NCBI RefSeq assembly: GCF_018977255.1
Contig: NW_024704742.1
Coordinates: 28,088,001-28,152,000, forward strand
Origin: Callorhinchus milii
Taxonomy: Eukaryota
Direction: 5' to 3'
Length of the DNA: 64,000 nucleotides
This document shows positions 40,481 to 52,122 of the stretch, piece by piece. The position numbers and the translations under genes were made by a program. The notes beneath the pieces are model-generated. The model was not told the origin of the DNA and searched no databases. It was given only the letters and a program-made list of their open reading frames with translations. How positions within the stretch are numbered: the first letter of the stretch is position 1; each line of letters starts with the position of its first letter.

Positions 40481-40964
40481 ACTTCTGTGTGTATATGAAG
40501 TTTATGACTCACATGCAGAATAAACACTGTTTCATCCCATAATGGGTCATGGTGCTCATCAGACTATACTCCAATGCTATTTCAATCTTGCGAGAAGATG
40601 ACTCAGTGGGGACCTCATACAAATGTATAACATTTTAAATAGGAATAGTAAACCAAGAAACATATATTTGGATGCACCAAGGCAGTAAAACAGTAGGACA
40701 TGGTTTGGCATTGTCGAGAACATACTGCGACAACATTTCAGAACATACTGCAAGAAGTTTTTATTTACCCGGTGGGATGCTGTGATGGGAGAGGGAGGGA
40801 GAATGGTAGAGTGGATGTTATGGAGGGATAAGGTTAGATAATATTAATAATCATTCTTGGATTTGATATAGCGCCTAATCATGTTGTTGAGACGTCTCAA
40901 AGTACATAAGACTCTGTGGGTCGACTGAACACTAAATCAGAACAAATTTAAAACACGGAAACAT

Positions 40965-41090
40965 TAAGTTGGTCCTCTTACTACGGTTAAAGAGGAGAAA
41001 ATCTGCCAGGGTTCCTGCTCCTGACCCCTCTTTTGCATCGCCTACTGGTTGTTTGTATGTGGCAGCCAGGTGAGGAGACTCAATGTGGAA
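40965..41090 (+). mobile_element. Ancient SINE fragment, AmnSINE2-like
   Basis: aaaatctgccagggttcctgctcctga resembles the AmnSINE2 consensus as I remember it; related copy at 59230-59470. Confidence 0.45.
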
Positions 41091-42837
41091 ACGAGAGGGT
41101 AACCATTATTTGTGGACATTTTGTAACATTATTATATGTACCACAAATATTTTCCATTGAATGAATGCAAGTGGCTCTTTTTAAGTGTTAAGTGAGAGCA
41201 GTTGGATGGTAAGAGGAGCACGGACCAGGAGTTGGGAGGCATAAGGCAGGGGGAACAAAAATGGAACAAACTAAATTTAGAAATTAAACAATACAATTGA
41301 AAGTGAGTGAGGAGAGGAAAGAGTTATGTTGTTTAAAATAATTAAATGCTGGTAGGTTGTACTTGCATTAAAAGCAGATATCGCCCACAAAATATATACA
41401 GACAATTCACTTTACAGTATATTCTGTGAAGCGCATTGAGATATCTCAACAGCCTAAGGAGCTATATAAATGCAAGGATTATTATTATTAGATAGATGTT
41501 TGAAATGTTTTCTTGTTTGAAAAATAAATCCTGTGGGCTATACAATATTGCAATATTATATGTACAGCAAATATTTTTCCACTGATTGTGTACAAATAGC
41601 TCTTTTTAAGGGCTAAGTGAGAGCAGTTAGATAATTTTTACTCTGTTGAAATGTTTAATGAACTGACAAAGTCTGAGAAAGAACGACTGTGTGTTTTCTC
41701 CAGTCAGCTCTAAAAGATAAAGCAAGGTTACATCTTTAACAAGCCGCACAGAAATTATCAATTACATCCGTTAATTATTTCTTCCCTTGTACAGTATCTA
41801 AAGGTCATATCGAGATGGTTCACTTTTGCTACCAGACTCATTAATGAACAGCTATTCCCCACCCTGCTGAAAAACTGAAAGAAATCAGCTTGCATTTTGC
41901 TGGAGAGAAGCTGAATAATGACAAAGATAACTCTAGGCCCCGTAACCCTCATATCTGGCTTGTGCTGCTCTTTTCCCGAAGTTATTTTGTTCAGCACGCT
42001 TTGCATTGCGGTATTCTTGGGTGATCTGATGCCTGCAAGTGTGCTGTATCTCACCAGCACACGTGCATGTACTTCACCCTCAGCATTTTGTCCTTAGCTA
42101 CTAATGTGAAACTGTAAATTTGATTAAGATCAAGGTGGAGCATTATGTACTCAGAATATCAAAATAGTCAGGCTTCATTAAGGCTATTCAGATTTGTGCC
42201 TACAAAAACAGTTCAAGAAAAATACCATAACCTGCAGTTATTTCTTTTATATTATCCTAAAAGCATACTGCTCGATAATGTGTGCTTACCCAGGTAACAC
42301 TGTGCTGCTGCTATCCTCGGTTATTACAGGTTTGAATGTGGTATAGGTTTCAGAGACATTGATGACTATCTCATGATTGTTGGAAAAAAATGTTGGTGAT
42401 GAACTGAGCAATGCCTCTGACACTTCTAGTAATGTTAAAAAGCTACTTTCAGGCATTCGGCAAAGCTGAGCAACTTTCTGTTTAAAATAAATGGGATAGT
42501 GCCTGTAGCTGTTTGATAGAATATGAAATACCTGCTCTTCCTTGAAAGAAATGTGCAGGTCCATGGTTACTTTCTAATTAGGCCACATGTTTATGGGTCT
42601 TTCCAGATGGAAACTGCTCCCTCAGGCTCTATGTTTTATCTGTTGTTTATGTTCTTGTCTCTTTTTTATTGTCTGTTTACATTGCCATTAATTCCATTGA
42701 CTGTTTTTTTTCAAGAGTACCCAGTGAAGGACTTGGGATGTGGACACTGTGGAAAGTTATTAATTTGCTGTAACATGCAATCCATGGACTAATAAGCTCC
42801 AGTTCCCCTTGTTACCTGACATGCTCTGGACATCTCA

Positions 42838-43636
42838 GGTCCTGTAGCTCAATGGTTAGAGCACCTAAAATGCCTGTGTTTACCTCGCAGTAAGTTGGAA
42901 CCCAATTGTTGGTTGATTGTCAGAACTCTGCAGCTCGTGTTCTCTCTCGCAAAAGGCTCTGCGAGCCAATCAACCCCCATTCTTGCCCGGCTTCACTGGC
43001 TCCCCATTCCTCAGAGAATCGAATACAAAACCCTTGTTCTCACCTTCAAAGCCCTCCACGTTCTTGCTCCCCCCCTACCTCTCCGACCCCATAACCCCTT
43101 ATCAGCCTGTCAGCTTTCTCCGCTTGGCGGACACCAGCCTGCTTCAGGTTTCCCGTACTTCCCGCCCCACCATTAGCGATCGGGCATTCAGTATCTCTGC
43201 TCACACAACACCCTCTCACACATTCCCTCCCCCTCACTTGCTTCTTTCAAGTGCCATCTAAAGACCTTCTCCTTCGGCCACCCCCCGCCCTCCACGCCTC
43301 CTGACTTCCAGCTCGGGTCCAAAATCTCCCAACTGCCCAGCGCCCTGGGATGTCTTTCCGATGTGAAGAGTGGTATACAAATGTCATTTGTCGTTGCTGT
43401 TGATTGGCAGGTCACTTTTCGGGGAGGGTAATAATCACTTAAAATAATAATAATTTGGTCACATAATCCATAACTGCTTATGGGACACTGCTGTGTGCAA
43501 TTGGCTGCCGTGTTTCAATCATAAAATATATACAGTCACTGCACTTTACAGTATATTTTGTGAAGCCCCTTGAAGCACCTCGAAGACGTGATAAGGCCTG
43601 TATCGAATGCAAGGATTTTTATTATATTATTATTAT
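42838..43636 (+). mobile_element. SINE subfamily B interrupted by an L2 3' fragment (42924-43398)
   Basis: TSD GTTGATTG(T/G)CAG at 42912-42923 and 43399-43410. Confidence 0.85.
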
Positions 43637-45369
43637 CCAGTGAAAGTGGTGCCTTTGTTTTTTTTTAAAAAGTGAGTTCCTCTGGGAAAAAAAAGTTAAT
43701 TCTTTGATGCTAAGGGGTTTTGACCTATAACTGGCTCAGTATTTCAGACATCTCACTCTGCAAAGTTTAAAATATTGGGGCACAGAAACAAAGATTTGTC
43801 TTTGTTGTATGGGTAGCCTTACAGTGACACTAGGGAAATAATTGAATGGGAGAAAACTGGAAGATATATATAATCTTATATAATAAGATTAATCTTATCT
43901 TCTTTTGGCAGAACAGTCTGATGGTGAGATACTCATCACCTGTATCTTTATTGCTCCGGGCAACAAAAAAAGTGACCGAAAAGTTATTATTTCAACTCAT
44001 TTAGTTCAGAACTGAATGTTTTGTTGTTGTTGTTGTTTCCAAACACGAGTGATATAAACATCGCTGGAATGTATTGGACTTATTTTTTCTTCATGAAGGA
44101 AATGGAAAACTTTGAAACTCGGTCCACTGGCCATCACATTCACTTTGGTGGTGCACACGTTCTGTGTTACGAGTTCATTTCGAACTCTTTCATGGTTTTC
44201 TGCAGATTCTTGCAAAGTGGCATTGGATATGAGTGCACAATGTCAAACAGCAATATTGCAGCGACATAATTGCCTTAAAAGGTCATTAAACTGTCATGAT
44301 AAAAAAAAAGTTTAAAAAGCATTGAAAGTCCTCATGGCATCTTGCAAAATGTAGTGATTTAGAGGCACTGAGAGGATGTAGGCATTTTTAACTTTGAACA
44401 TCCAAGTAACTTGGCAGCCTTCCAAGGATAAAACAGAAGAAAATATTAAAGGTTGGCTTATTGTACTAGGTAAATACTAGAATTTTGAGGAGTTATGGAA
44501 AAAGAAAACAACTGTAAATTTGCCATCTTTCTGATATTCTTTGTCCTGTTCAACATACTTATGATTAGAAATGAGATGTCAGCCATGACCATTTATGGAA
44601 GTGCTAAATAAAATATTGTTGTCTAAAAAAAAAGTATAAAGATCACTGGTGCATATCTAAGTTCACATATACTGAACCTGTTTAAGTGTACAGACATCGT
44701 CATATTCCTTTGGCAAATTTAATTCAGCGGGCGATGCACTCCATTTGAGTTATTTAGTGATAACAGTGGCTAGGATTTATGGAGCAGTGCATAGTTTTAC
44801 TTAAGTGGATGAAATGTGCAATACTGCAAAAAAAGTATTAATAACCAATAAAACATACCTCTGCAGAAACCTGTTATTTTATTTCTGCGCAAAGTCAGAG
44901 AACACAAAGGCTTTCCAGAATAATAATAAGCTATAATGAAAGAAGAAATACATTAATTAATGATAAACTCAATTCTGGATTAGTGTGGACACCTGGTATT
45001 GCCTCGTGTGAAACAAATAATACTGTACATTAATCACCTCTTAAAGTGTATTAATTACACAAGTTTAGAATCAAGGAGTATTCAATCTAATCGTGATTAA
45101 TAGCTCTTAAAATAATGACTGAATTTTTTGTTTTCCCTCCTTTTGTGGCCCCACTTTTTGTAACTGCAAAGAACTTTTGTGCCTTAAAACATCTAAAGTC
45201 TCAAAATTCTGTGCAATTCTCTATCAAAAATTGTTTTGATTGTGACAGAATTTGGGTCAATAGTTTTAAGATGTATTTTGTTAAAGAACACACCAAATTC
45301 CACTGGGGAATTTTTTTTAGCATGAAACACCAAAACATTACATAGTGTTTGTTAAAAGTCCACTCCTCC

Positions 45370-45470
45370 CCCCAGTGAAATTTGCCCAAGGTTTTGCCCT
45401 GCTTGGAAATTGGACCCAGGTCCTTTCGCTTGCGAGGCAAGTTCTCTAACCGATACGCTACAGGACTCCA
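45370..45470 (-). mobile_element. SINE tRNA head only
   Basis: gctacaggactcca; anticodon loop CTCGCAA on the minus strand. Confidence 0.8.
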
Positions 45471-47073
45471 TAACTTCTGTTCCTTCAGTTCTGTCTGCTG
45501 CTTCTTTTTACAGAGTATATCAGCATTATTAGAACAATATAGTACAGAATACTACACATAGAATAAAATACACGATACCTTATTACTGCACTGTAGTATT
45601 TTGGAACAATGGGTAGATTGTGTATTTGGGGCAGATTGTGGGTGTGAGAAAAAGCTGAACAAGAACAGTTTGTGATCTTCCTGAATTCAAGGTGCAACGG
45701 TCTTCAGCGTCCAGGGAAGGTGGAGAATTGGGTAATAATGATTTAATAATTACTATAATTTGATATTAATAATTTAATAATAATAGTCTGCACCTGATAT
45801 TGCAGGATTTACTATAAAATTCACCAAAAAAGAAGTTTTGCTTTCTGAATTTGTCAGCTTGGTTTGGTCCTTTTCTCAGCGAGAAATGTCACTAAAGACA
45901 CCGGCTACAATTTTTTTCATTTGTGAATGCAGCATTTTCAATCCCAGTAACTATAATCCTTTCATTTGAAATAATGCTTTTCGATTTAGGAGGACAGCTC
46001 AAAGCACTTCACGGGATTTTCTGTAAAGTGTAATATCTGTGTTCTTTGCAAGCAATTTTTTATATTTGGGGGCCTGGGAAACAGGAGAATCTTCCTTCAA
46101 TGTAAATCAGAATAGAATACCTGTTTTGATTTGGTGTATTTTGCATGAACCATTGTTCCAATCAAGTCTTTGGCATTGTGGTACTCTAGATACTACAATG
46201 TTAATAGGAATCAAAGTTTCTCTACTCAGAATTTACTTCTAAGGCTGGGGGGATAATCATATTTAATGATACAATTAAATACATTTCAAATTTGTCCAAT
46301 GCTTCAATTTATGAGTCTTCATTTCAAAATGTCGTAATTCAAATGTAAAGTTGAATTGAAATAATGTTGCATCTCTGTGATCATCTCTATTTGAGGACAA
46401 TTAAGGACAATTGTTCATTTAGGAGAAATCATTCTTAAATTAATGATTGACTTTTGAAATGGCATGATGGGGTGCTATAGGGTCTCCTCTGTTCAGCACT
46501 TTTCTGTGTATTCTGTAAGGGCTACTGGGCTGAAAATAGAATTGCTTTGGCAGCCATTGATGCTGCATTGCATACATTTGCCTGTCCCGTACCTCGTTTC
46601 CCTAGCAGATTTATTCTATTTTAGTTTTGGTAGCAGGTAATCAGTTCATACCATAGAGCATGCCACCAATGTAGATTTAAGTGTATTAGTAACTGGGTCA
46701 AAGTAGGAATTAAGCACCAAAAAAGTCAGCTGCAGGATGATTGCAACCTGATGCAAAAGTAATGCTTTATTTTTTGGAATGGAACTTGAAAGGAAGATGG
46801 TCACTAGATTACGCAAGCACCTTGAGTATTTTACCAATTTATTATGTTGTGCTCTCATCTTAAAACAAATGTTGAGCACACCATTCCTGACTGCCACTAA
46901 TATCTGACTGCCATTAGTCCTATTTGCACTATGTTTCTGGTGCCCTGGTAATAATTCAAAGAAATAAACTGGTGGTGCTTAAACCTTTTGCCTGACATCG
47001 GCAAATTAAAATTGATGCATTCCAATGCCAGGCAATGTCAGATCAAAGTGCTGAGGTTTCACTCGTGCAAGAG

Positions 47074-47272
47074 CATTGATGGCCAACCCATGGCCAAAGG
47101 TGGCCCGAGGAGGCGTCAAGAATTGGCCACGGAACATTCCCACTAGTTTTGGTGAGTCTGTGTTCAATCAATATTTTGTTTCCAGTAGCTCCTGAGTAAT
47201 GCTATTTATGGTGTGGCCGTTAATCAAGAAAAACTTATTTAGCTGGCTGACCAAAAAGGTTGGCAACCACTG
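47074..47272. mobile_element. hAT (Charlie-like) non-autonomous MITE, 199 bp
   Basis: Terminal inverted repeats cattgatggccaacc / ggttggcaaccactg; 8-bp flanks TGCAAGAG and TGCTGGAG both derive from TGCTAGAG. Confidence 0.8.
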
Positions 47273-47411
47273 TGCTGGAGCATAGTAAATAGAATCAGAA
47301 CGTGAAAGACATTTTGAATGGCATAAGTAATTATTTCAAACGCAAGGAATATTACTGTTATAACTGCACCTTCCCTGGTAGGAAAATTCTCAAATCCCTA
47401 GTCCCCAAATG

Positions 47412-47788
47412 TGGAGTCCTGTAGCTCAGTGGTTCGAGGACTCACCTCACAAGCAAGAGGACCTGGGTTTGATTCCCAGCAGGGTGAAAAGTTGGGCAAG
47501 TGTCCTTACTCCACGCGCCTGTTTAATTAGCAGTAAATAGGAACCCAGTCATTAGTCAAATGGCAGATCGCTTTTCCGGTGGTAATAATCCCTTCAAAAT
47601 AAATAAAAAGAATTTGGCCACTCAATCCAAGACTGTTCATGGGACACTGCTGTGCACAATTCGCTGCCGCGTTTCACCCACAAAATATACTGCCAATTCC
47701 CTAAACAGTATATTCTATGAGGCGCTTTGAGACCAAAGACGTGATAAGTCGTTATATCAAATGCAAGGATTATTATTATTATCATCAT
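47412..47788 (+). mobile_element. tRNA-derived SINE, subfamily B
   Basis: Full head, central segment and tail. Confidence 0.9.
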
Positions 47789-47794
47789 CTATTG

Positions 47795-48058
47795 TGTGTT
47801 AGCCTGGATAAATTGGTAGTACTCTTCCCTCTGAATCAACAGGTTGTGGGTTCAAGCCATATAATCTAGGTTAGCAGTCTTGATTCAGTGCTGTGGGGTG
47901 TGCTGCATTCTTGGAGATGTCGTCCTGATGAGATATTAAACAAAGGTCTCGACTGCCTGGTAAAGTGTAACCACACTTTACAGTAAATCCTGTGAAGTCT
48001 TTTTGGGCATCTTGGCGACATGATACAGTTCTATATCAAATTCAAGCATTATTATTGT
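47795..48058 (+). mobile_element. Internally deleted Deu-type SINE
   Basis: Head tgtgttagcc...ggttgtgggttcaagcc; tail ctatatcaaattcaagcattatt. Confidence 0.7.
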
Positions 48059-48304
48059 TATAATTGTATTTTTCCTGATAGGACAATTCCAAAATCCCTA
48101 GTCCCCAAATTTCCTGATGTTTGTGTATAACTACATATGACACCATAAAACCTAACCTCTGATATCTACCATGAACCAAATCTCAGGACTGCTTCACAGG
48201 ATTTGTTGACATGTCTGGAAAAGACACCCACAAAATATACTGAAAGGACAATTGTGACCATTTCCAAAAAACGTAAACAATCTGCCTGCTCCCTTCACTC
48301 GGAG

Positions 48305-48585
48305 GTCACTGGTATGCTCTGCCTTGTCCGCTCCATCATCAGCAGTAAGGTCTTCAGCCTTTCTGTCCCCCCTCTAGATCTCCATCCTGGAGTCCCTTTG
48401 CCTTATCCCCTGCCTTGCTTCCTTTTTGACCATGCCTGTGGTCACCCTTTCATTTCCACCCCGCTTGCCCTCCATCCCTATTATCTCCAGTCACCAGTTT
48501 GGGTGCAAACCCTTGCATGTCCAGCATCTTGTGGCATCCTCCCGATGTGAAAGGCTCTACATAAATGCAATTTGTTGTTCTTGTT
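48305..48585 (+). mobile_element. L2 3' end
   Basis: catcctcccgatgtgaaaggctctacataaatgcaatttgttg. Confidence 0.75.
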
Positions 48586-48904
48586 AATGTACCAACAAAT
48601 TCATTGTCTACTTTCTGAATTAGCCAACTTGTGTCTTGAACCTGACAGCTGAACAGCAACAAACCAACCTCCGAATCTGGGTTGCATTATAAACAATTTG
48701 TTAACATGAGAAAAGTAGCTGATAGTAAATTGACTCTTGCATGATGAATTCATGGAAACAAATTCATTCCTGTAATCCTTCTGGTAATGAACTGCATGGA
48801 GGAAAAACAATGCTAACCATGTTATAGCTTGCAATTTCACCTAGCCTTTGCCTGCCAAGGGCATTTGCTCCGAAAATATAAGACTGCGTAATTGTGCAAA
48901 ACAA

Positions 48905-48987
48905 TCTTCAATTGAGTTTTAATTTGGAAGCCAAGCTTCTGAGGTTCTTAAAACGACCTGGCTTCCAAATTAAAACTGGATTGAAGA
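48905..48987. repeat. Near-perfect inverted repeat (29-bp arms, 25-nt loop)
   Basis: tcttcaattgagttttaatttggaagcca vs tggcttccaaattaaaactggattgaaga: 27 of 29 complementary. Confidence 0.9.
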
Positions 48988-49189
48988 ATTTTCCCCAAAT
49001 CATATGATTCTAAGTTTTAAGACAAAACAATAATATTAATCACGTCTTCGAGACGACTCAAACTACTTTACCGAGTATACTGTAAAGTGAATTGACTGTA
49101 TATTTTGTTTGCGAAATGCAGCAGCTAACTGTGAAGAGCAGTATCCCACAAAGAGTCTTGGATTGAGTGAACACATTTTATTATTATTA

Positions 49190-49320
49190 GAGAGGAGGTG
49201 AGAGAAAAAGATAAAATGAGAGAGAGAGAGGATTAAAGCAGAGGCGAAAGAGAAAGAGAGAGGAGTAGAGCAGAGATGAGAGAAAGGAAGGGAGGAGGCA
49301 AGAGAGAAAGGAGAATCTAA
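49190..49320 (+). repeat. GA-rich low-complexity tract
   Basis: Polypurine run with (GA)n. Confidence 0.8.
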
Positions 49321-49501
49321 AAAGGCTAAGGCTGGGTGGAATTCCAGACAAAAATGATTTTTAAGAGAACACTAATAATAATAATAATACTAATTGCATT
49401 GTTCTACACCCATCCACATTGGGAAGACGTCTTAAAAGCACTTTACATGATTTGCTGTGGAGTAACACTATATTTCTACAGCCACTGTTATCACAGTATG
49501 T

Positions 49502-49741
49502 GGGGAGTAATTCCATTTAGGTCTAAATTTACTCTATTAACGTAGTATATCAGAGCCTGCAGAATTTGGCAAATTATTAAATACAGCCTTCATTTTATAA
49601 GCTGGTATTCTACAATTTCTTTTAACAATTGCAGAATATCATCTTCACAGTTAAAACTGCATTCAAGAATTTGGCAAATTCTGAATACTCTGAAATTCTA
49701 CATAAATGGAGCTAATCTGGACCCAGATAAAATTTCTACCA
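49502..49741. mobile_element. Palindromic MITE-like element, copy 2 (about 240 bp)
   Basis: Left ggtctaaatttactctattaacgtagtatatcagagcctgcagaatttggcaaatt pairs with right aatttggcaaattctgaatactctgaaattctacataaatggagctaatctggacc. Confidence 0.7.
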
Positions 49742-50831
49742 CAGAGTTTGTTAGCAGAGGATTTGGATAATGCCATTCTGTTTGCCTTCTCATTACAAGG
49801 GAGGAGCAACTAGCATCAGTGTCATTGTAAATCATTTTTATTAATAACACCAAACTATTTATGAAAGTGAAGCTTTTAAACATTAAGCTATGTGGGACCT
49901 GTTACAAATTGCATTTTAATATGAACCTACCAATTTTAATTAAAATAGACTTTCCCCATAACTCTAAAACTATAAATTATCTTTTTTTAATGAAATATAG
50001 AAAGTATAATTATTATGGAGTTGGAGAACACAGTAATGGATTATGCTATTAACCTCATTTACGTATGCAAATCAAGTTGGTCATATTTTTATAATATTTT
50101 CTGCTGATACTGAGAAATGAATTTTCAGACATGCAATAATATAGTACAATATTCCTAACTAGGAAATAGTACCCTTTTATACATTACCACACAATTCAAT
50201 ACAAGTACAATACAATTTACATGTATAGTGCGTTTCACTTGTAAAAGTGGTCTTGAGAATAACTAAATATCGGCAATAAAAATAACATATATGTAACGGT
50301 CAAACAACATCTGAGAGATGAAAATAGGTTACAAGTGAAGAATGTTTGCGTTTTAGAAAGAGGGCATTCCATGATTGTGCTCATGCTAGCTCCGTTACCT
50401 GTCTTAGCTGTTGCTAGCTCCCTCACTGGGGCAATCTTCTCTAACATTGTTCTGCTGTTTGTCGTTAACTTGTATTGTTAATTTTCCTCAGGCTTTATTC
50501 AATTCTCTTTCAAATATTGTTAGGGTCGCAACTTGGACAACCACTTATTGTGAGTTTTTCCATATCTTAACAAACCCTCTGTGGTACAGCAATAAAATAA
50601 GATTGTATAAAATCAGAGCAAATCTGATATTCTGCTGACTGGCAATCCAATCATCAGGCTAGCTACAGGTCAGCCTATGGTAATAGAGATGTGATAGTTC
50701 ACAGTCTTATCTTTAGTCAGTGTCTTTAACCAGTTAGTGTCATTAGTTATATACTGATTACAATGTTAATTAACAAATCACAGGTCCACAGTTTTCACCT
50801 CTAGTCCCTCCGTAATTATCCGATCAAATCC

Positions 50832-51480
50832 GTAGAACCATAGATATATAGCACAGAAGAAGACCCATTGTTTTTCTGCTGCCTATTTTTACGAGGAGTC
50901 CTTTCAGTCCCCTTTATGTGTCTTTTCCCCATACCTCTGTCATTTACTCTTCTTTAGGTATCTATCTAGTTCTCTTTACCTAATTGCCATACCACCGGAA
51001 GAATATTGCAGCGATGGAAAGAGTACAGCAAACTTTTATCAGGGCTAGCAGGTTACTGGTATCAGGATAGACTGGAAAGTTTAGGCTTTTTTTTCCCCAA
51101 GAGAAGAGATTTTTAAGATGAGACTGACTGAAGGTTTTCAAAATTATAAAAGTGCTTGACAATGTTAGCAAAAAGGGCTGTTTCCACTGGTTGGGGAGTC
51201 TGCGGGGGGAGGGACACAAATACTAGGGGATCTCATGGAAAATTTAGGAGGAACTACTTCACACAGAGGATAGTGGGAATGCGAAACTCACTGTCCAAAG
51301 CTGTGGTTGAATCAGATAGTAAGGACACATTTAAGAGGAAACTGAGGAAGAAGGGAATAGAAGGGTTTGGGAGGGAGTAAGGAATGGGTGGAGACGTACT
51401 AGTTGGGCCGAGTGGGCTGTTTCCATGCTGTACATTGCATGTGAATCTATGAAAGCTAATACGAATTCTGCCTCAACCGC
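50832..51480. mobile_element. CR1 3' end (+, about 50985-51450) nested in an opposite-strand CR1 tail
   Basis: KFRRNYFTQRIVGMRNSLSKAVVE; the minus-strand tail resumes at aaagctaatacgaattctgcctcaacc. Confidence 0.7.
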
Positions 51481-52029
51481 TGTAGTTCAACATCCTCGCA
51501 ACTTGCTTAGCTTAGTGTTTCAGCTGTGAACCTTCATCCAGATCTAAAGAAAGTCGGTTGGAGAACCCTCCACTAGATTGAGGGCAAGTTAGACTCATCC
51601 AAGAAAACAGACATTACAATGACACTGTCTATTACAGGTGTGTGAAGTGTGTGAAGAGGTGTTGAAGAGCTGCATATAACATGAAATTGTTCCAGCCTTG
51701 CCTTATAATGCACCTTTCACATAAGATAAATATTTTGAGGCTTTTCACAAAGATGATGGAAAGGATGGAAAGCATGTAACTCCAAATGGGAGTAGGATAT
51801 CAAGACAAACAGACTGACATATGTAGTCAGTAATATGTATAGGAAATACATTCAGGACACATAACAGGAAGACAGTATTGATTGCCTCCTGCACTGCTCA
51901 AGCTAAGTCCAACACAAGCTTTCAAACTTGAAGAGCACCGTCTTATAACTGTTTTCTTTTTAAAAAAAAACTAGGATGGAAAGATTTGAGGGAACAGAAG
52001 GGTCGATACATCTTGGAGGAGATCAGAGT

Positions 52030-52122
52030 CGTGTTTGGGTCCTGACCCAACTGTACAGCGCCTTGGGATGTCCTCCCGACGTGAAAGGCGCTCTATAAAT
52101 GGAATCTTGTTGTTGTTGTTGT
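52030..52122 (+). mobile_element. L2 extreme 3' tail
   Basis: cagcgccttgggatgtcctcccgacgtgaaaggcgctctataaatggaatc(TTG)n. Confidence 0.9.
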
